A stretch of DNA of 64,000 nucleotides. It comes from Antedon mediterranea (lineage: Eukaryota > Animalia > Echinodermata). The stretch's first letter is position 1, and each line of letters opens with the position of its first letter. Shown here in pieces: positions 11,195-22,899 of this stretch. Location: the NCBI RefSeq assembly GCF_964355755.1, contig NC_092672.1, positions 21,093,237 to 21,157,236 of the forward strand, in the 5' to 3' direction. The notes beneath the pieces were generated by a model. The model made no database searches, was not told the origin of the DNA, and was given only the letters and a program-made list of their open reading frames with translations. Both the position numbers and the translations under genes were made by a program.

Positions 11195-13260
11195 CAGGCC
11201 CGTAGCCAGGGGGGGTTTTTATGGTTCGGGCGAACCCCCCCTTTACAGCGAACCCCCCTTAACCGACTGCGAACCCCATCCCCGACATGCCCAATACCTC
11301 ACCCTCACCTCCGAAAATCGTCCAAATACGTGCCCCACAGTACAAAAAATTGTTCGTAAATTAAAAAATTCGTAAACTCGTTCGGAATAACTCATACAGT
11401 ACCTTCTTCCCTGTATGAGCGTACTTCAAGCGATATAGTATGTAAAGAGTTGCAAATGAATTGCCGATTTTAACCTGAATAAATGTTTGGTCCCTGCATG
11501 TAACATGTACGGTGGCCTATAAGTGTCACGGCAACTTTCAAAAAATATCACGGCAACTTTCAAAAAAAGCTACGGCAATTTGAAAAAAGCCACGGCAATT
11601 TGAAAAAAGCCACGGCAAATTAAAAATAAAACATCACGGCAAATTAAAAATAAAACATCGCAGCAATTTAACAAAAATACCACGGCAACTTAAAAATGAA
11701 ACACCACGGCAAATTAGTAATGAAACACCACGGCAAATTACAGAATGCCACGTCGGAAGTGAGTTACCACGGCGGAAGTGAAACCTTTGGAATCTTCGAT
11801 TTTTTCTTATGTAAGTAATTATTTGTGCATTGAAGTAAATATTATTATATTAATTTATTATATTTAACTGCAGCATTTACGTGTTTATTGCACTAGGCCT
11901 AGCTATGCCTACTACTAGCCCTAGGCCTTAGGCCTACAGTAGTAGCTAGGTCTACTGTAAAAACAACTTGTTATATAAAAAACAGATTACTGTAAATATA
12001 TTAAAACATTGTAGAATGTTATAGGGCCTAGGCCTACCTTGTAATAAGGCCTATGGTCTAGCCCGGCCTAGAAAGTTCAAGAAGAGTGCAATAAACACGT
12101 AAACTGCTGCAGTTAAATAAATTAATATAATATTTACATCAATGCACAAATAATTACTTACCTCAGAAAAAATCGAAGATTCCAAAGGTTTCACTTCCGC
12201 CGTGGTAACTCACTTCCGCCGTGGCATTCTGTAATTTGCCGTCGTGTTTCACTATTAATTTGCCGTGGTGTTTCAATACTAATTTGCCTTGGTGTTTCAT
12301 TTTTAAGTTGCCCTGGTATTTTTGTTACCGTAAATTGCCGCGATGCTTTTATTTTTAATTTGCCGTGATGTTTTATTTTTAATTTGCCGTGGCTTTTTTT
12401 CAAATTGCCGTGGCTTTTTTTCCAATTGCCGTGGCTTTTTTCAAATTGCCGTGGCTTTTTTTGAAAAAATTGCCGTGATATTTTTTGAAAGTTGCCGTGA
12501 CACTTATAGGCCACCGTAAACATGATATTGACGCGTCTCAAAGCGAGCTGGGGGACGAACGATTCGTACAATTCGTACAAAGGACACCGACAGACAACTG
12601 CGTACCAATTGTTTAGATCACTGGCAGTCAGGCAGCATGCATAAAGTATAGCCTTCCGACATACATCAGTATTTATGTGTGGCTATGAAGTATAATGTAT
12701 CATAGAGGATTATAGTGAATATTAATATTTTACACTATAATATCTATGGTATCATGTACTGTAGTTCAAATTATGGCATCCGATTATTTTTTTCTAGACC
12801 ACCAGCCGATACGTATCAATATCACCTATTTACATTGGCATATTTAATTTCCTCAACAAATTGCTGTAAATAAATATTATAGATAGAGCTATAATAAGAA
12901 TAGCATTTTCCTTCACCCAGTGTGCTTTTTTCGGGGCTTCTCCTAGACGTACGTTCGCATTGAACTTGAACGCAAAACAAAATATCGAGTCGAGCGGTTC
13001 CGCACAGAGCACGCGCATCTAACATACGGCAACAAATGTTATTGTTTAAATAGTCCACGAGTCCAAGTACGATCGTTTTGCTCATTGGTAGCATGCTGCA
13101 TGAGAGTGTCTTTTCCGGCCATCTAGGGGTGTCATTTAAAAAAATTTGCTTCGCCTCAGGCCCTACCCCAGGGGGGGGGGGGGGGCTAGGTATGGGGGTG
13201 GGGGTGACCCAAATACTTAGTGTGCGAACCCCCCCTTGACAGATCCTGGCTACGGCCCTG
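11195..13260. mobile_element. Non-autonomous DNA transposon with CAG termini and a 5-bp TSD (hAT-like)
   Basis: TIR CAGGCCCGTAGCCAGG / CCTGGCTACGGCCCTG; TACAC duplicated on both sides; interior homologous to 46922-48087. Confidence 0.85.
11508..12518. mobile_element. Nested foldback element with TACGG termini and a 6-bp TSD (IS3EU-like, non-autonomous)
   Basis: ~390-bp inverted arms built from CACGGCAA subrepeats; AACATG at 11502-11507 and 12519-12524. Confidence 0.8.
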
Positions 13261-15687
13261 TACACACTATAACAAAAGGTGTGTACACACTATAACAAAA
13301 GGTATGTACACACTATAACAAAAGGTGTGTACACACTATAACAAAAGGTGTGTACACACTATAACAAAAGGTATGTACACACTATAACAAAAGGTATGTA
13401 CACACTATAACAAAAGGTGTGTACACACTATAACAAAAGGTATGTACACACTATAACAAAAGGTATGTACACACTATAACAAAAGGTGTGTACACACTAT
13501 AACAAAAGGTATGTACACACTATAACAAAAGGTGTGTACACACTATAACAAAAGGTGTGTACACACTATAACAAAAGGTATGTACACACTATAACAAAAG
13601 GTATGTACACACTATAACAAAAGGTGTGTACACACTATAACAAAAGGTATGTACACACTATAACAAATGGTGTGTACACACTATAACAAAAGGTGTGTAC
13701 ACACTATAACAAAAGGTATGTACACACTATAACAAAAGGTGTGTACACACTATAACAAAAGGTATGTACACACTATAACAAAAGGTATGTACACACTATA
13801 ACAAAAGGTGTGTACACACTATAACAAAAGGTATGTACACACTATAACAAAAGGTGTGTACACACTATAACAAAAGGTATGTACACACTATGACAAAAGG
13901 TATGTACACACTATAACAAAAGGTGTGTACACACTATAACAAAAGGTGTGTACACACTATAACAAAAGGTGTGTACACACTATAACAAAAGGTGTGTACA
14001 CACTATAAAAGGTATGTACACACTATAACAAAAGGTGTGTACACACTATAACAAAAGGTATGTACACACTATAACAAAAGGTGTGTACACACTATAACAA
14101 AAGGTATGTACACACTATAACAAAAGGTATGTACACACTATGACAAAGGTATGTACACACTATAACAAAAGGTATGTACACACTATAACAAAAGGTATGT
14201 ACACACTATAACAAAAGGTATGTACACACTATAACAAAAGGTATGTACACACTATAACAAAAGGTATGTACACACTATGACAAAGGTATGTACACACTAT
14301 AACAAAAGGTGTGTACACACTATAACAAAAGGTGTGTACACACTATAACAAAAGGTATGTACACACTATAACAAAAGGTGTGTACACACTATAACAAAAG
14401 GTGTGTACACACTATAACAAAAGGTATGTACACACTATAACAAAAGGTGTGTACACACTATAACAAAAGGTGTGTACACACTATAACAAAAGGTGTGTAC
14501 ACACTATAACAAAAGGTGTGTACACACTATAACAAAAGGTATGTACACACTATAACAAAAGGTGTGTACACACTATAACAAAAGGTGTGTACACACTATA
14601 ACAAAAGGTGTGTACACACTATAACAAAAGGTGTGTACACACTATAACAAAAGGTATGTACACACTATGACAAAAGGTATGTACACACTATGACAAAAGG
14701 TATGTACACACTATAACAAAAGGTATGTACACACTATAACAAAAGGTATGTACACACTATAACAAAAGGTGTGTACACACTATAACAAAGGGTATGTACA
14801 CACTATGACAAAAGGTGTGTACACACTATGACAAAAGGTGTGTACACACTATGACAAAAGGTGTGTACACACTATAACAAAAGATGTGTACACACTATAA
14901 CAAAAGATATGTACACACTATAACAAAAGGTGTGTACACACTATAACAAAAGGTGTGTACACACTATGACAAAAGGTGTGTACACACTATGACAAAAGGT
15001 GTGTACACACTATAACAAAAGGTGTGTACACACTATAACAAAAGGTATGTACACACTATAACAAAAGATATGTACACACTATAACAAAAGGTGTGTACAC
15101 ACTATAACAAAAGGTATGTACACACTATGACAAAAGGTGTGTACACACTATGACAAAAGGTGTGTACACACTATAACAAAAGGTGTGTACACACTATAAC
15201 AAAAGGTATGTAGACACTATAACAAAAGGTGTGTACACACTATAACAAAAGGTGTGTACACACTATAACAAAAGGTATGTACACACTATAACAAAAGGTA
15301 TGTACACACTATAACAAAAGGTGTGTACACACTATAACAAAAGGTGTGTACACACTATAACAAAAGGTATGTACACACTATAACAAAAGGTGTGTACACA
15401 CTATAACAAAAGGTGTGTACACACTATAACAAAAGGTGTGTACACACTATAACAAAAGGTGTGTACACACTATAACAAAAGGTATGTACACACTATAACA
15501 AAAGGTGTGTACACACTATAACAAAAGGTATGTACACACTATAACAAAAGGTGTGTACACACTATAACAAAAGGTGTGTACACACTATAACAAAAGGTAT
15601 GTACACACTATAACAAAAGGTGTGTACACACTATAACAAAAGGTGTGTACACACTATAACAAAAGGTGTGTACACACTATAACAACT

Positions 15688-16900
15688 ATGCGAGCGAAGC
15701 GCGCTTCACTAGGCTGGGGGCCAGGAGGCGAAGCCCCCGGAATCAACATGTTTTAGCGTCATTTGAGGCCAATTTAATCAGATTTTGGGTAGTCGTATCA
15801 CTTTTTTCCATTTTTTATAATGCATAAATAAAATACTGCTTGCAAAAAAACGATGCGCGATGACTGTTTAAATCAATATTTTTCAATTTAAAAAAAAAAA
15901 GTTCAAAATATGCCTATATTTATCGGGTAAATTGTAGCATAGAAAATATACGCAAACGTAAAACGTACCCACAGACCAAGAGGTAGGCCTATATTGTTTA
16001 TTGCAGAGGCGTAGGCTGGTTGCTGTCTGGGGGTGCAAAAATAGTAAATGGGTGCCTTGGGCTGATCTGTAAGAAAATTTTGAAAAATAGAGCTGCTAGG
16101 TCCCTGGAAGTTGCAATTATACATAATATTGATTGGCCTACTATGAAACGAAATTACAAGTCTACAGAACGAGGTTGGGATGGAGCTAAGAAAATTTAGA
16201 TAAATAGAGTTGGAGATCCCGGAAATTGGACTTTTTATACTTCAAAACATGAAACAAAATATACAAGTCCCTATCATGGTTGTGACTGAGCTATGAAATG
16301 TTTGAAAAATAGAGCTGTTAGGTCCCGAAAAATGCACTTATTGTACTTCGAAATATGACCAGCTTTATGGTTGGGGCTGAGCTAAGAAAACTTTTAAAAC
16401 TAGAGCTGCAGGTCTTTAAAAATTGCATCTTATACTTTGAAAACATCAGGCCTAGAGGCTTAAAAAAAGTGGTCGTAAGCGACGGGAAAATCATTTTATA
16501 CCTCCCAAGTGTATGCGTGCGTACCATCTGGACTTCCGAGTACAAAAGTATAGTTAGTACAAGAGTTAGCTATAATAAGATGTTGGCTAAGCGAAAATGG
16601 CATGTTTTTTTGTTTAGTAATGTATGAAATATTTATTTTAGGTGCCCCACGGTACAGAGGGTTACTTGTAAATTTAAAAATTGGTGAACATACGAAAAAT
16701 TGACAATTCGTTTTTGCTTTAGCGTACATTCTAGGCTCCCCGACGAAAGGGTTAGATTGTAGTAATTTAAAGCAAAAAATAGTAAAATTGGCTGCTAGTC
16801 AGTGGGTTTTGGCTTGAATGTAACCATTTATTTTGTCATTTTATAAGTGACCAATTTATTTATTTTTTCATTTTTTTTTCATCTTTCATGTTTTTTTGTG
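15688..16900. mobile_element. Probable degenerate interspersed repeat; ends undefined
   Basis: Starts with GC-rich gcgagcgaagc..ggcgaagccccc; contains diverged ~110-bp internal repeats (aaaatagagctg..ggtccc..). No TIR pair found. Confidence 0.35.
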
Positions 16901-17285
16901 GGACAATACATCTTTAATGAAATTGTTGTTAATATAAAAGTTGCTTTCAAAAGACATCAGACCTCCCAACTCTCTCCCTAAAATACAATTTATTTTGGAT
17001 TAACCAACAAAATATCCAAAGGTGTTAAAAAAAATGTTACTACTTTAATTTTAGTGTTCTTGGATTAGATGTATTTTTTTTATAAGTAAATATTATAGCA
17101 CTTTATAAAGTCTTCCAATATTTCATTTTTCTAAGTTAGAAAGTCCAAAACTTCCTTATATGGTTATCTTCTAAATTATAATAATAATTAGAGCATAGCA
17201 TTTCATATTTGTATAGAAGCCTTTACCAGTGACATTGCTTTAAATCTTAATTACTTCACAGATTCACTTTTTTATTTCTTGTCAG

Positions 17286-18038
17286 GAAAAGTCACGTCCA
17301 AATAAGAGAGACAAAGGAATAACATTTTTTGGTATGAATTGGGAAACAATTCGTCAAAAGATAAATTCCTTTTTCTGTAATCAGTTTATTGAGTTTGGTA
17401 ATTTACGAATTGATTTTGAAATAAATATTCATGTACATTTTGGTAAACTAAATTTATGTTTTTTAGTTCAAAACTACCACAAACAGCAAAACCACCACAA
17501 ACAGTAGTAAGTTTCATTTTATTTTCTAACAGCTATACAATGTCTAGTTAACTCAGTTCATCTAATAGATAAATTATAATTTTCTTATACTTTTTTTTGT
17601 ATTTAATCATATTTTAGAGGTGAATACTGAAACACCTGCAAAAGTTAAAGATGTGAGTACTACAATATAGCATTTGTTGACTGTTCTATTTAACTCAACT
17701 CTGCCTCCTCAAAAAGAATAATCCATCTTTCTTTTAACTCACAAATTCATTATACTTGTATACTGTTTAAATTGAGGAATTAAATCTATTATACTTTTAA
17801 CATTATAGCCCTGGCGAAAGAACAGTGTTTAACTTTTCCTTATTCTATTAAGATCCAGCCAATGATAACCATTGACAGTAATTTGCCTTCGAATTTATAT
17901 ACTTACTTTTAACATGGTATATAACATTACACTGATATGAATGGTTCAGAAAGTAACACATTTTCTTCTATGTTATTTATATAATATTTGTTATTTTTAT
18001 TTTTGTGTATCAGGTTAGCAAGAAATCAACTGCAGAAG
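17286..18038 (+). CDS. Cluster of candidate micro-exons in the Roc insertion (17286-?, 17467-17506, 17620-17652, 18014-18038)
   Basis: AG/GT-bounded open segments EKSRPNKRDKG.., SKLPQTAKPPQTV, VNTETPAKVKD, VSKKSTAE. The last three chain in phase to exon 19532; the donor of the first is unresolved. Confidence 0.55.
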
Positions 18039-18179
18039 GTAAGTGTGTAATTAATTTTTAAATTCTTAATACTTTAATTGTGCAAGTATAAAATAATTTA
18101 ACATGCTGAGTGAATAATAATAATAGAATTAGTGAATGATAAAAATGATAACTGTGATGAAGAAAATTAATAACGACAC

Positions 18180-18940
18180 TTAAAACCATTTTGAATAAAA
18201 ACTGTTTTCCACTCAGTATAATTAATGACAACATTTACAGATATCTTAATAATGTTTTTTCTCCTTGCAATGTTGCGTCAGTTGAGTCAATTATTGAACA
18301 AAACAAGGTTCTTTATTTTAAATTACCTTACTTACAGTTTGCCAAATGCGCACAACAAAGAATCGATAATTACAAGTAAATGTTGCAAAGGTGTTAATAT
18401 TAAATTAGCTTTCAAATCATTTAAGGACCCTGTCCCTGATGTTTTCCGCTCTCGTGTTGTATATAAATTTAAATGTATGGGATGTAATTCCATGTATATT
18501 AGTGAAACCAATAGACGGTTATCAATGCGGGTGCGTGAACATTTCAGGGACAAGGCTTCTCACATATTTCAACATCTGCAGGATTCAGAACGGTGTAAGG
18601 CCCTCGCTAAGGCGGAATGCTTCACCGTTCTGGAGTCTGCAGATTCCACTTTCAAGCTTAAGGTCAAGGAAGCCCTCCACATCACGTGGAGTAAACCTTC
18701 CTTGTACATCCAAATCTATAACTTAGGCGTCACACTTCCCATATGATTGTTTTTTGCTTACATTCCTTGTTGTTTTATTATGCTAATTACTTACTTATTT
18801 ACATACAACCTGTCCTATTGGTATCTAAACACTCTAGGCGTTGTTTACTGTTCAAATGATGAGAATAGTTTCTCGAAACATGTCACATTTTAAGGCAGTT
18901 TGCCTTTTCATTAAATGCCTCTCTATAGTCATTTTAACTC
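18180..18940 (+). mobile_element. Penelope-like retroelement 3' fragment (GIY-YIG endonuclease), frameshifted
   Basis: YFKLPY linker; VVYKFKCMGCNSMYISETNRRLSMRVREH..HIFQH..LKVKEALHI..KPSL; degenerate hammerhead-like motif downstream. Confidence 0.85.
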
Positions 18941-19531
18941 GTAAATTTGGTGGTATTATTCATGATTTATCTGAAAATGGTAACGTTGATAAAATTAACA
19001 GTGAGAGTGTTTACTACAATGATCAAGATAGCCTTTCTACCCAAAGAAGAACCATTTAATCAGTTTTTACATCTTTTCTTGTCATTTTATGTTTAATAAA
19101 TGTTATCTTTTAAACATTTTAATTGTAGGAAAAGTGATTTTCTGAAATATTGTTGCTACAGTATATAAGTTTATTATAGATTTATTTTTTATCCTTTATA
19201 AATACCATATTTAATATTTTACTAAAATGAGAAAGAGGTAGATCATTATTATTCAATTATTGTGCAATAATTTTAAAAACAAAAACAAAAAAGTTAGGGT
19301 GAGACCACGAAACACAACCAAAAAAATGAACTTAAAGATATAATGATAAAGATAATGACAACAGAGAATTACAACAGAGAAGATGTCATTGATAATAGTA
19401 ACATTTAGACAAATGATAATAGAGATGATAATGATGATATATTCAATGTCTATTATCTTTTTACATATATATTTAGTCTATTTGATTTTTGAAATTATTT
19501 TTTAAACATTTTTTCCTGTTGATTTATAAAG

Positions 19532-19683
19532 GAACTGAAGATACATCATTGAATGCACAACAATCGTTGGATAAAGATATTATTCAGGACATTTTTTCAA
19601 AGCAAGAAGTAAAACGGTCTCCTTTGGAAACTTTTAACATTTGGGATCACGGGGGACAGTTAATCTATCAAGGAATACATCAG
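19532..19683 (+). CDS. Exon: Roc G3/switch II (TFNIWDHGGQLIYQGIHQ)
   Basis: WDxGGQ..Y...HQ Roc signature; CAG|GTAAGT donor. Confidence 0.92.
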
Positions 19684-20216
19684 GTAAGTTTTGGACATTT
19701 TGTATATTTGTATGGTCTATTGTTTGTGTATTAACAGTTTTAATGCCTAATTATGGCAGTATCTTATCTGTATCACATGGATAGGATTCTGCTGTGTGTA
19801 GGTAGGTGGGAACATGCCCGCTGTACAGATTGTTGTTTAGGTCTTCCACCTATCCTAATGTAAACAGATTACCCAACACACCTTCGTGTATCTCTTCACA
19901 CACCCAATCTATAAAGTTTTGCAAGCTATCTCTAGACTTCTCTCACTACATGTGAAGTGAATTTTGAAGAGCTTTTTCTCTATTTAGCACTCTTAACTAT
20001 TTATAAAGTTTACTTTTCTTTATTCTAATATATTTGTATTCTATTCACATTATTTCTAATTGCTGTTTTAAGAGATAAGTATTTCTTTGATGATATGCGC
20101 TCTATATGTTCTGGATATATTTATTGATTTTAGAAAGCACTGCATTATATTACATCAGTAGGCTTTACTATCCTTGTCAAATAGTTTATAAATTATTGTT
20201 TTTATTTTGTATGCAG

Positions 20217-20306
20217 ATCTTTGTGACATCAGAGGCAGTTTATGTTGCTGTCTTTGATTTGAGTAAAGACCTCGATGATCCTGCAATAGTAATGGATCCC
20301 AATGGG
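20217..20306 (+). CDS. Exon: Roc (IFVTSEAVYVAVFDLSKDL...)
   Basis: Matches Roc F.T..AIY..VFDL; phase 0-0; canonical splice sites. Confidence 0.9.
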
Positions 20307-20519
20307 GTAAGTATTTCAGGGGTATTAGATTAGATTAGATGTTGTTGACAATCTCATTCATTAGTTAAAGTAAAATGCTTGCATTGCAATGTAGCTGTGT
20401 CAAAGATAGTCATAGTTTTGTTTTTATATAAGCTTGTTTGGTACTAAAATAATATACAATTTCTTATAGATTTTTTATAGAAAATTATTATTTAAAATTA
20501 ATAAAATTATTTTTTACAG

Positions 20520-20699
20520 CAACAACGTAAACATCATTGGACAAATCGTCAGTTTTTACTGTCTTCAATCCTGTCAATATATTCCCATAGTCGTATATTG
20601 GGAGAGAATATTGAGAAGGAAGTAAATTTACCTGCTATCCTTGTTGTTGGCACACACAAGGCAAGTCTGGGAGAAACAGAAGAAGAACAAAATGAAGAG
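20520..20699 (+). CDS. Exon: Roc G4 (LPAILVVGTHKAS)
   Basis: 180-nt open phase 0-0 exon; tttttacAG acceptor, GAG|GTTAGT donor. Confidence 0.9.
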
Positions 20700-20989
20700 G
20701 TTAGTAATAATCTAGAATAGGTTTGTGTTTACATTTAATACAAAGCTTAAAATATTTGTCTTGGGCACATGTACCACAGTGGGTATAGTACATTTAAACT
20801 GTAGGACTAATAATCAATCAATTTACACAGTTTTAAATCCACCAAATGTAATTTAGCTTTTTGTGCAAATTAAGTTGACATGACATAAAACAAGTGATTG
20901 TCAAATTTGAAATATATAAAGAATATACTTGATGAAAATGAAACATAGAAGAGGAAATTTGGACTTTATTAATATAAATACTACATATA

Positions 20990-22443
20990 TACCAAACTTT
21001 TTAATGAGAGTTTAGCAAGTGGTAGAGTGCCCAATCAATGGAAAACGGCCTGTATCTCACCTATTCCTAAGATAAAAAATCCCAAGGAACTTAATGACTA
21101 TAGGCCAATAGCTATCACATCCAATGTTGGTAAGTGCCTAGAAAAGATTGTACTTAGGCAGTTGCTTGATCAGACCAAATTGTTTCTCGATCCTCTCCAA
21201 TTTGCCTATCAGAGTAATAGAAGTGTTGAAGATACTGTGCTCTTCCACTTACATAATATTTACCAACATTTAGATGTGCCTAAATCATATGTAAGATGTT
21301 TGTATATAGATTTTTCTAGTGCTTTTAATACCGTTGAACCTGGTTCATTAGTACGCAAACTTAAAGAAATGAACGTAAACGACACATTGCCTTCATGGAT
21401 ATATAATTTCTTAACAAAAAGGTTCCAGTATGTTAAACTAAACGGTATTTTATCTGATAAAAGAACTGTTAGCATTGGCACGCCACAAGGGTCTGTTATC
21501 TCCCCAATGTTGTTTTCACTGTTCACCAGCAGTTTCAGAGCCAATTCAAATGAATGTTGTATAGTAAAATATGCAGATGACACAGTCATCACTGGATACA
21601 TTACTGGCAATGATGAAACAAGCTATAGACAAATAGGATGTGATTTTTATCACTGGTGCTGCAATAACAACCTGAAACTAAACATAAAGAAAACAAAAGA
21701 AATGCAAATTGATTTTAGGAAAATTAAAGAACCCTTAGAACCTCTGATTATAAATGAAAATGAGATTGAAGTAGTAAATGAGTACAAATATCTGGGTTGT
21801 ATAATTGACAATAAGCTAAATTGGATAAATAATGTAAATAAAGCCACATGCAAAGCCAACCAAAGGATGTTTATTTTAAGAAAAATGAAGTACCTACAAA
21901 TTGACAAAAACTATACTTAAATTGTTTTATAACTCTGTAATTCTCAGTGTAATACTTTTTTGTAATGTTTGTTTTTATGGTAATACAATGCAAAAAGATA
22001 AAATTAAACTTAATCGAATAGGAAATAGAGCAATTAGACTAATAGGAGAGCACTTACCTGATGTTGAATCTTTGTATAAAGAAAATGTGTTAAAAAAAGT
22101 AAAAAGTATCATTGATGATGAAACACATCCTCTTCACAAACAATTTGCTCTCATGAATTCTGGCATAAGACTACGTGCACTTAATACCAAAACAAAACGG
22201 TTTAGGTGCTCGTTTGTACCTAATGCTATACATTTATATAACTCCAGAGTACAAAGGTAAAATGTAATTGTAACCGATAATTTTTATCTAATTTTAACAA
22301 TTTTTAGCCTCTTAACTTTTTGTGTGTGTTTTTGTAAATTGTATTTTATATTTTTGTATTTTGCCAGTTTTCAAATCACATTTCTGTTTTTTAAATGGAC
22401 AATAAAGTATATATGACTACATGACTATGACTATGACTACATG
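20990..22443 (+). mobile_element. 5'-truncated LINE, Rex1/Babar-like reverse transcriptase
   Basis: DYRPIAIT, IDFSSAFNTV, GTPQGSVISP, KYADD, KTKEMQIDFR, YKYLG, C-terminal HPLH..SG.RLR..SFVP.AI; one frameshift near 21910; (ATGACT)n tail. Confidence 0.92.
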
Positions 22444-22581
22444 TTAGCATTTTAAGGTTTTAAAATAAAGTTTTGGGGAGAAAAATTAATAATTCTTTTT
22501 GTAGGTTTAAATACGGTGCTGTTTTTATTGTCTTTTGTTTGTATATATTATGTAGTAGTGTTTAATTTGTTTTTAATCCAG

Positions 22582-22823
22582 GCAGAGGTGGTGTTAAAGA
22601 AAGTTAAAGATTCCATGAAAGGAAAACCATATGAAAAACATGTACTTGGATACTATGCTGTTGAAAACAGTAGGGAGACTACAGACAAGAGCTTTAGTGA
22701 TCTGAAAAAAGTAATTCAGGATCTTATGAACCATTTAAAAAAGTCTATTCCATAAAGTGGATGCGGTTTAGATGTGAAATGTATAATCTGAGGAAGGACA
22801 AATTGATATGTTCTGCAGAAGAG
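22582..22823 (+). CDS. Exon: Roc end / COR start, frameshifted
   Basis: KPYEKHV..YAVEN..SIP then CCA-TA-AAG-TGG-ATG-CGG-TTT: the P-x-K-W-M-R-F motif is restored by one base; exon is 242 nt between phase-0 neighbours. Confidence 0.85.
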
Positions 22824-22899
22824 GTAAATTTTTATTTTATTATAATTTTTTTTTTTAGGGGAAGCAAAACTTGTTCAATAAATATTGTGAAGGCAAAGC

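Larger units (their letters stand above)
9599..15685 (+). repeat. 23-bp minisatellite (AAAAGGT[A/G]TGTACACACTATAAC), roughly 175 copies, split by a transposon
   Basis: Directly visible at 9599-11194 (~69 units) and 13261-15685 (~105 units); counts estimated from length. Confidence 0.98.

Noticed and set aside
12191-12580. 129-aa ORF with SHG/PRQ repeats
   Set aside because: It is a translation of the CACGGCAA subrepeats in the foldback arm.
12822-13265. 147-aa proline-rich ORF
   Set aside because: It runs through the transposon TIR and a G-run; no transposase motifs.
9599-15685. CRISPR-like array
   Set aside because: Units are contiguous with no unique spacers, no cas genes, and the context is eukaryotic.
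21027-22260. RT as part of a diversity-generating or retron-like system
   Set aside because: Motifs and microsatellite tail match an ordinary 5'-truncated non-LTR retrotransposon; no template/variable repeat pair.
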